A DNA stretch of 64,000 nucleotides from assembly GCA_963846435.1 (NCBI GenBank), contig CAWJVX010000007.1:88817-152816 (forward strand), given 5' to 3'. Position 1 is the first letter of the stretch; every line of letters begins with the position of its first letter. Source of the DNA: an uncultured Gemmatimonadales bacterium. Its GTDB lineage: Bacteria; Gemmatimonadota; Gemmatimonadetes; Gemmatimonadales; GWC2-71-9. The notes below the pieces were generated by a model. It ran no database searches and was not told where the DNA came from. It was given only the letters and a program-made list of their open reading frames with translations. This document shows, piece by piece, positions 49,123 through 55,782 of the stretch. The position numbers and the translations under genes are program-made.

Positions 49123-50205
49123 TGACGCGCTGTCATCGCCTTCTCTGCGTCCACGGCAGGCTCCGAGCGTAGCGAAGGATCGCCCAGTTGACGTCCCCGC
49201 CTCCTCCAGCACTCATCGCTCTCACCCTCGAACCTGGTCTGCACTGCCCGGGCGTCGACGCCGCGCTCCTGGAGCCAGCGCACCACCGGGCCGGTATAGC
49301 CATGCGTGACCCAGACCTCGCCGGCACCGGTGGCCTCGATGGCGGCCAGCAGGCTGGGCCAGTCCACGTGGTCGGAGAGCGGGAACCCCCGGTCGAGCGA
49401 GCGCTGCCGCCGCGCTCCGCGCACCATCATCCAGCCCGAGGCGAAACCGGTGCGAGTGCTCGCCGAACCGGCGTGCCCAGATCGAGGCATCTGCGTAGGG
49501 CGGGGCGATGACGATGGCCCCGGTCGAATCGGCCTGACTTCCGCGCGGCGCCGGCGTAGCGGGTCGGGGGCAGCCGATCCCGGCGTCGCGATAGACCGCG
49601 GTCATCCGCTCGACCGCGCCATGGGTCAGGATCGGCCCGATCGTGGGATCCAGCCCCGCGAGCAGCCGCTGCGCCTTTCCGAGCGCGTAGCCGAGGAGCA
49701 GGCTGGTCTTGCCGGCCGCGACGTTGGCTCGCCACCAGGCGTTGATCTCGTCGAAGACCTCCGCCTGCGCTGGGCCAGCGGTAGATCGGCAGCCCGAAGG
49801 TGGATTCGGTGACGAAGGTGTGGCAGCGGACCGGCTCGAACGGAGTGCAGGTGGGATCGGGATCGGTCTTGTAGTCGCCCGAGACCACCCAGACCTCGCC
49901 GCCGTGCTCGATGCGGACCTGGGACGAGCCGAGGATGTGGCCGGCGGGATGAAGCGAGACGGTGGTGCCGTTGAGGGCTGACCGTCTCGCCGTACTCGAT
50001 GCCGCGGATCGCGGCACCCGGCTCCAGCCGCGCGCGCAGCACTCCCACGCCCGGCTGAGGATGTCAGATAGGCGCGGGACCCCCAGGTCGCGTGATCGCC
50101 GTGGGCGTGGGTGATGACGGCGCGGTCCACCGGCTCCCAGGGGTCGACGAAGAAGTCGCCGGCCTCGCAGTAGAGGCCGCGGGGGGTGAGGGTGAGGAGG
50201 GACAT
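49119..50205 (-). pseudogene. ligase-associated exonuclease (MBL / beta-CASP family), at least five frame breaks
   Basis: MSLLTLTPRGLYCEAGDFFVDPWEPVDRAVITHAHGDHA (HxHxDH), LHPAGHILGSSQVRIEHGGEVWVVSGDYK, FVTESTFGLPIYRWP, FPLSDHVDWPSLLAAIEATGAGEVWVTHGY, spread over ORFs 49222..50205, 49626..50048, 49427..50239 and 49119..49490. The stop overlaps the ligase ATG (ATGA). Confidence 0.82.
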
Positions 50206-50230
50206 GCTGGAAAATACAGCGTAAGCGGGA

Positions 50231-50257
50231 CCCGCTCACCGCTCACGCTGCTCACCC
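50231..50257. repeat. CGCTCAC short-period repeat; its reverse complement matches the repeat at 6626-6651
   Basis: The reverse complement gggtgagcagcgtgagcggtgagcggg compares with gcggtgagcaggaagcggtgagcggg at 6626-6651. Confidence 0.75.
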
Positions 50258-50744
50258 TCATGGCCTGTGCTGATACGTCCCCATCAGCTCTCCCTGCCCC
50301 AGGATGTGCTGATCCATGGCCTGCTCCAGCTCGGCCCTGGTGGCGCCGGGTCGACAGGTTGAGCATGATGTCGAGCGCGTAGAGCCGGAAAAAGTATCGG
50401 TGGGGCTTGCCCGGGGGAGGGCAGGGCCCCGCGTAGGCCATGTCGCCCGCGGTGTTGCGCCCGTGGCGGGCCCCGGATGGCAGCTCGGGCAGCGTCGGCA
50501 CCGCCGGCGTCAGCTCCACGGTTTCCCCGGCAGAGTTGAACAGCACCCAGTGCACCCAGGTGCCGCGCGGCGCATCGGGGTCGTCCATGATCAGCGCGTA
50601 GCTTCGGGTCTCCGGCGCACCGCTCCATTGCAGCGGCGGAGAGATGTCGTCGCCCTCGCAGGTGAACCGGACTGGAATCTTCTCGCCGTTGGCGAACGCC
50701 GGCGAGGTGAGCTGGATCTGGCCCGCGACGCTGTCGGTGCTCAT
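50258..50744 (-). pseudogene. YbhB/YbcL family PEBP-like protein, one frame break near 50340
   Basis: MSTDSVAGQIQLTSPAFANGEKIP...IMDDPDAPRGTWVHWV...GPCPPPGKPHRYFFRLYALD. The tail PGATRAELEQAMDQHILGQGELMGTYQHRP is recovered after dropping one base in ctgtcgAcccggc. Confidence 0.8.
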
Positions 50745-51108
50745 CAGGTCCTCCCTGCTTCGATCCAGAGCCGTACCGCCATGAGAGCGATGAACACCGC
50801 GAACATGCGCTGGAGCGTGGCGGCGGGCAGCACCTGGGCCAGCTTGGCCCCACCCCAGGCGCCGAAGAAGAGGCCCAGCGCCACGAAGAGTGAGGCCCGG
50901 ATGTCGAGGTTGCCGTTCTATAGTAGGTATACGCGCCGAGCAACCCCACCGGCAGCAGCAGCGCGCCGAGCGAGGTGCCGAGGGCCAGCTTGGCGGGGAA
51001 CTTGGCGAAGAAGATGAGGGCGGGGACGATGAGGATCCCGCCCCCGATGCCGAAGAGTCCCGACAGCACTCCAGCCGCCAGACCGATGCCGAGAAACAGA
51101 GGCTCCAT
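50744..51108 (-). pseudogene. short TauE/SafE-type (DUF81) membrane transporter, one frame break near 50920
   Basis: MEPLFLGIGLAAGVLSGLFGIGGGILIVPALIFF...GAYTYY, then NGNLDIRASLFVALGLFFGAWGGAKLAQVL... in the next frame. The context tactatagaacggc suggests a lost A. Confidence 0.7.
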
Positions 51109-51224
51109 GGTGGACACACTCCTGGTGAGTGGGGCGTCTTGTTCAGTACCACGAACGATATAGCTTATTTCATCCTCTAGCTTCGCTCGCTGGCCAACCT
51201 GCTGCCGTGTCCTTGGAGACGACG

Positions 51225-51653
51225 ATGATCGAGCGGAGACACGTGCGGCGCGTGACGCCGGTGGTTCTCGCGGCCGCCGGGTTGCTGGTGGCGGGCGACG
51301 TGGTGGGCGCGCTGGCCGGCAAGCCGCTCGGCTTCCCCTACTCGCCGCTCGGGGTCGTGTCCCTGCTGGTTTACTTCCTGGTGGGGTTCATCGGCGCGTG
51401 GAGGGCGAGCTTCGGAGCCGGGCTCCTGGCCGCTGCAATCGTGGGCTTTCTCGACGCCACGATCGGACCACTGTCCGCCTGGGTCGCCGGCCCCGGGTCG
51501 CTGGCGCAGAGCATCACCGAACCGCGCATCTTCGCCTATAGCATCGCGGTCGCTACCGGCACGGCGGCGGTGGCCGGACTGCTCGGAGCGGGGGTCGGCG
51601 GCTGGCTCGAGCGGCGCCGGGGTCTCCGCGACTCGGGAATGGTCTCCCGCTAA
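51225..51653 (+). CDS. hypothetical membrane protein
   Basis: Four predicted hydrophobic helices (VVLAAAGLLVAGDVVGALAG, VVSLLVYFLVGFIGAW, ...). No family recognised. Confidence 0.55.
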   Translation: MIERRHVRRVTPVVLAAAGLLVAGDVVGALAGKPLGFPYSPLGVVSLLVYFLVGFIGAWRASFGAGLLAAAIVGFLDATIGPLSAWVAGPGSLAQSITEPRIFAYSIAVATGTAAVAGLLGAGVGGWLERRRGLRDSGMVSR

Positions 51654-51847
51654 AGCCTGCCGGACCCTTCCAGCCGCCTCTCTCCCGCTCTTTTCCACGC
51701 TGCGAAGTTCCAGAATGGTGTGAGTGCCGTCACAGAAGACTACGCGCGAATGACCGATTTCTCACTAGTACGTCTCGCGTCCAGGGTCGGGGGTCTGGTG
51801 CCCCTGGACCTCACGGCGAGGCGCGCGGACTCCCCGAAGGAGGACGA

Positions 51848-52753
51848 ATGACCACCAAGGCGTTCATCGGCGGCATGACCGTCGGCGCGGGACTGGTGTA
51901 TCTGCTGGATCCGGACTGGGGCGACATCCGCCGGGAGCGCTTGAGCAACCGGCTTCGTCCACTGATGGATGAGCTCCGCCACAGCTTCGAAATGGGGCCC
52001 TCCCCGGCGATCAGCCTTCGCACCCTCAGCTACGGCTCCCGCATTGGCGACATCGAAGGTCTCGGTGACATAACCCTGCGGTCGACCGAGCGGCGGGGGC
52101 CCGCAGCGGAAGGCGGCGGCATCCCGGCCCCGCTCAGGGTGGCTGGCGCCCTGCTCGCACTTTACGGGCTCACCCGCCGCGGCAAGCTGGCCACGATGCT
52201 CCGCACCGTAGGAACCGGCCTGGTCGTAGGGGCGGTGCGGCGGGGCAAGCTGGGGTTAACCGGAGTTACGCCGCTGGACCGCCGCCGGGCCGTGGATATT
52301 CAGAAGACGCTCTATATCGACGCGCCCCTGGAACAGGTATACGCGTTCTGGAGCAACTACGAGAATTTCCCGCTCTTCATGTCTCACGTGCGCCATGTCG
52401 ATGACCTGGGCGGAGGGCGCTCTCGCTGGAGTGTCAGCGGGCCGGGCGGCCTTCCCATCGAATGGAGCGCGGTGTTGACCCAGCAGATCCCTGAAGAGGT
52501 GATTGCCTGGAGAAGCGAGGCCGGCTCGATGCTGGAGAACGCCGGCATCATTCGCTTCTCCCCAGCTGGAATCGGTACTCGGGTAAACCTGCGGTTCTGC
52601 TATCACCCGCCTGCCGGCGGCGCCGGCCAGGCGGTGGCCGAACTGCTTGGGTCCGATCCCCGGGCCAAACTGAACGAGGACCTCGGGCGCATGAAATCAC
52701 TGCTCGAGGCGACGACCAGGAGTGAAACGCATGACAAAGAATCTCAGCCGTAA
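51848..52753 (+). CDS. SRPBCC (cyclase/dehydrase-type) protein with N-terminal membrane/YtxH-like and DUF2892-like segments
   Basis: FIGGMTVGAGLVYLL; LRVAGALLALYGLTRRGKLATML; SRPBCC core IDAPLEQVYAFWSNYENFPLFMSHV...W.S..G..L.N.G.I.F. Paralogue of 54053..54826. Confidence 0.75.
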   Translation: MTTKAFIGGMTVGAGLVYLLDPDWGDIRRERLSNRLRPLMDELRHSFEMGPSPAISLRTLSYGSRIGDIEGLGDITLRSTERRGPAAEGGGIPAPLRVAGALLALYGLTRRGKLATMLRTVGTGLVVGAVRRGKLGLTGVTPLDRRRAVDIQKTLYIDAPLEQVYAFWSNYENFPLFMSHVRHVDDLGGGRSRWSVSGPGGLPIEWSAVLTQQIPEEVIAWRSEAGSMLENAGIIRFSPAGIGTRVNLRFCYHPPAGGAGQAVAELLGSDPRAKLNEDLGRMKSLLEATTRSETHDKESQP

Positions 52754-53024
52754 GTTCGCCACCATGTCGGAGGAGGAGCGCACTCGCTTCGAGCTGGAGG
52801 AGAGCGAAGGAACCCGGGACCGCCCCGCGGAGCTGGACTTCGAAGAGCCGCGTGACCCCGAGCGAATGGGCGCCCATTTCGCGAACCCGAAGGAGGAAGT
52901 CGCGGATCCCGGACACCGGGATGGCATGGCGGCGCTGCTGGACGACGGGGCCCATGAACGTGCGGTTAAAAAAGAAGCCCGGAAGCGGAAGGCCCCCGAG
53001 CCTCGGCAGGGATCGGACGGGTGA
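52731..53024 (+). CDS. small highly charged hypothetical protein
   Basis: MTKNLSRKFATMSEEERTRFELEESEGTRDRPAELDFEEPRDPER... GGAG lies 8 nt upstream. Overlaps both neighbours (operon-internal). Confidence 0.5.
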   Translation: MTKNLSRKFATMSEEERTRFELEESEGTRDRPAELDFEEPRDPERMGAHFANPKEEVADPGHRDGMAALLDDGAHERAVKKEARKRKAPEPRQGSDG

Positions 53025-54043
53025 AGCGCTCCCGCAGAACCACGAGGTCGCTACTGATCGCTGCCGGGGCATCGCTGTGGGCAGCGCGCCGGCTGCGGTC
53101 CCGACTGCGCTACTCCCTCCAGGGAAGGACGGTTCTGATCACCGGCGGTTCCCGAGGCCTGGGGCTGGCACTGGCGCGGCAGGTAGCGGATGAGGGTGCC
53201 CGGCTGGCAATCTGCGGCCGGGATCCGGAGTCGTTGGAGCGAGCCCGCGTGTCGCTCGCCAAGGTGGGGGCCGAGGTCCTCGCGATACCGGCCGACGTTA
53301 CCGACCCTGAATCGGTCCGGAATCTCATCGATGCGGTGCGCGAGCGACTCGGTCCCATAGATGTCCTGATCAACAACGCCGGTGTGATCGAGGTGGGTCC
53401 GGCCGTCACCATGTCGGTGCAGGACTACGAGGAGGCGATGGCCACTAACTTCTGGGGAATGCTCTACCCTACGCTCGCTCTCCTCCCGGAGATGCGGGCC
53501 CGGCGGTCGGGACGGATCGTGAACATCACCTCGATCGGTGGCAAGCTGGGCATACCTCACCTCCTCCCCTACAGCGCCAGCAAGTTTGCCGCGGTGGGGT
53601 TTTCTCAGGGACTAAGGGCCGAGGTGGCGGCCGACGGCATCAAGGTCGTGACCGTCTGTCCCGGCCTCATGCGCACCGGAAGCCCGCGGAACGCAATTTT
53701 CCGGGGTCAGCATCGCTCGGAGTACGCCTGGTTCAGCATCAGCGACGCGTTGCCCGGCCTGTCCATCAGTGCCGAGAGCGCCGCCCGCCGGATCGTGGCC
53801 GCCTGCCGACGGGGAGATGCCGAGGTTCTCTTCCCCATTCCGGCGCGGCTGGCCGCAGTGGTGAACGCCATTGCCCCCGGACTGACTGCGGGCGTGCTGG
53901 CCACAATAAACCGGCTGCTGCCGGGCGCGGATGGCGGCTCCCGCGAACGGCGCACAGGGGCCGAAAGCCAATCCCGGTTCTCTCCCTCATGGCTCAGCCG
54001 CCTGGGAGAGCGAGCCGCGAAGCAATACAACCAAATTGCATAG
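53021..54043 (+). CDS. membrane-anchored SDR family oxidoreductase
   Basis: TGGSRGLGLA (TGxxxGxG), NNAG, YSASK (YxxxK). Confidence 0.85.
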   Translation: MKRSRRTTRSLLIAAGASLWAARRLRSRLRYSLQGRTVLITGGSRGLGLALARQVADEGARLAICGRDPESLERARVSLAKVGAEVLAIPADVTDPESVRNLIDAVRERLGPIDVLINNAGVIEVGPAVTMSVQDYEEAMATNFWGMLYPTLALLPEMRARRSGRIVNITSIGGKLGIPHLLPYSASKFAAVGFSQGLRAEVAADGIKVVTVCPGLMRTGSPRNAIFRGQHRSEYAWFSISDALPGLSISAESAARRIVAACRRGDAEVLFPIPARLAAVVNAIAPGLTAGVLATINRLLPGADGGSRERRTGAESQSRFSPSWLSRLGERAAKQYNQIA

Positions 54044-54052
54044 GAAGGTCTC

Positions 54053-54826
54053 ATGGCATCGACATACGATGGCGTTCCTTCGAGCGAACGCTGGGAGAAT
54101 CTTCGAAGGCATCAGGACCAGGAGGGAGAGGTGGGCAAGACCGAGCGCCTGGTCTCCGGTCTTGCCGGCGCGGCATTGGTCGTCGTGAGCCTGCGGAAGC
54201 GCCGGCTCCGGCCGCTGCTCTTTCCGCTGGCCACCGGTCTGCTGGCGCGTGCCCTGACCGGCCGCGGCCCTGCGAAACGCATGTTGAGCGGACTCTCCCG
54301 CCGGCAGAACCGTGACAGTTCGGTGGCGAGTTTGGGCCGGGGACAGGGAACCAAGGTCGAGCAGAGCATCACCATCAATCGGCCCGTCCTGGAGGTCTAC
54401 CGGTTCTGGCGGAACTTCCAGAACCTGCCGCGATTCATGGATCACCTCGAGGCCGTTACGGTGGTCGATGAGACTCATTCCCATTGGGTGGCTAAGGGAC
54501 CCGCCGGCACCCGGGCGGAGTGGGATGCTGTCATCCACAACGAGATCGACGACGAGTTGATTGCCTGGCGGTCACTGCCCGGTTCCGAGATCAAGAACGC
54601 GGGCTCGGTCCACTTCCAGCCGACCGCCGACGGCACCGGGACCGAGGTTCGCGTGGTGTTGAGCTACGAGCCTCCAGCCGGCAAGATCGGTGTGGCCTTC
54701 GCCAAGCTTCTCGGTGAGGAGCCCTCCAAGCAGGTGGCGGAGGACCTGCGCCGGCTCAAGCAGGTCCTCGACGCTGGCGAGGCCATAAGCACCCGCTCTG
54801 GCCGGCCGAGCTCCACCGCCAGGTGA
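54053..54826 (+). CDS. SRPBCC (cyclase/dehydrase-type) protein with DUF2892-like TM segment
   Basis: LVSGLAGAALVVVSLRKRRLRPLL; INRPVLEVYRFWRNFQNLPRFMDHL...WRSLPGSEIKNAGSVHF. Confidence 0.8.
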   Translation: MASTYDGVPSSERWENLRRHQDQEGEVGKTERLVSGLAGAALVVVSLRKRRLRPLLFPLATGLLARALTGRGPAKRMLSGLSRRQNRDSSVASLGRGQGTKVEQSITINRPVLEVYRFWRNFQNLPRFMDHLEAVTVVDETHSHWVAKGPAGTRAEWDAVIHNEIDDELIAWRSLPGSEIKNAGSVHFQPTADGTGTEVRVVLSYEPPAGKIGVAFAKLLGEEPSKQVAEDLRRLKQVLDAGEAISTRSGRPSSTAR

Positions 54827-55782
54827 CCTACGACTGCATCGTTGTCGGTGGGGGGCCGGCCGGTCTCAGCGGGGCGCTCATGCTGGGGCGCTGCCGGCGT
54901 AGCGTGCTGGTGTGCGATGCCGGCAAGCCGAGAAATGCGCGGTCGGCCGAGCTGCATGGCTATCTGACCCGGGACGGCGCCGATCCCGATGAGTTTCTCC
55001 GGATGGCGCGCCAGGAGCTGGAGCGCTATCCCACGGTGGAGTTCCATCGCAGCGAAGTCGTCGAGGCCAGGAGGAACTCCGGGGGATTCGCCATCCTCTG
55101 CGCTGATGGCCTCCGGTTCCAGACTCGAAAGCTCCTGTTGGCCACCGGGGTGGTGGACGAGATACCCGACCTGGACGGTCTCCAGGAGCTCTACGGAAAG
55201 AGCGTCCACCATTGCCCCTACTGTGATGCGTGGGAGTGGCGGGATCAGCCGCTTGCGGTGTACGGCCGTGCCGAGCCTGGCATAGCGCTGGCGCTGGCGC
55301 TCACGGTGTGGAGTGACGACGTGGTGCTCTGTACCGACGGTCCCAGCGGTTTATCGGAGGAGGAGGAGCTGCGGCTGGATCAGGCGGGCATCGAGGTGCG
55401 GGAGGATCGGGTGATCCGCCTCGAGGGCCGGGACGGACTGCTGGAGCAGGTCGTGTTTGCCGAAGGCGATCCGCTGCCCCGGCGAGCCCTCTTCTTCTGT
55501 GGCGGCCAGCATCAAGGATCGGATCTGGCCGCCAAATTCGGGGCCCATTTCAACGACAAGGGGACGGTGGACACCGGGAGCTGCGAGGTCACCAACGTCC
55601 CCGGGCTGTACGTGGCGGGCGATGCGTCCAAGCAGGCGCAGTTCGTGGTGGTTGCGGCCGCCGAAGGCACCGAGGCGGGCATGGCCATCAACGTGGTCCT
55701 GTTGAAGGAAGACCTGGCTCAGAACAGGAACTCGATGCCCAGCCGCAGCAAGCGAGGTGGGCCGTACGCGAAGAGTGGTTGA
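54823..55782 (+). CDS. thioredoxin-reductase-like NAD(P)/FAD-dependent oxidoreductase
   Basis: YDCIVVGGGPAGL, redox CxxC HCPYCDAWE, GLYVAGDAS. GTG start overlapping the upstream stop. Confidence 0.85.
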   Translation: MTYDCIVVGGGPAGLSGALMLGRCRRSVLVCDAGKPRNARSAELHGYLTRDGADPDEFLRMARQELERYPTVEFHRSEVVEARRNSGGFAILCADGLRFQTRKLLLATGVVDEIPDLDGLQELYGKSVHHCPYCDAWEWRDQPLAVYGRAEPGIALALALTVWSDDVVLCTDGPSGLSEEEELRLDQAGIEVREDRVIRLEGRDGLLEQVVFAEGDPLPRRALFFCGGQHQGSDLAAKFGAHFNDKGTVDTGSCEVTNVPGLYVAGDASKQAQFVVVAAAEGTEAGMAINVVLLKEDLAQNRNSMPSRSKRGGPYAKSG

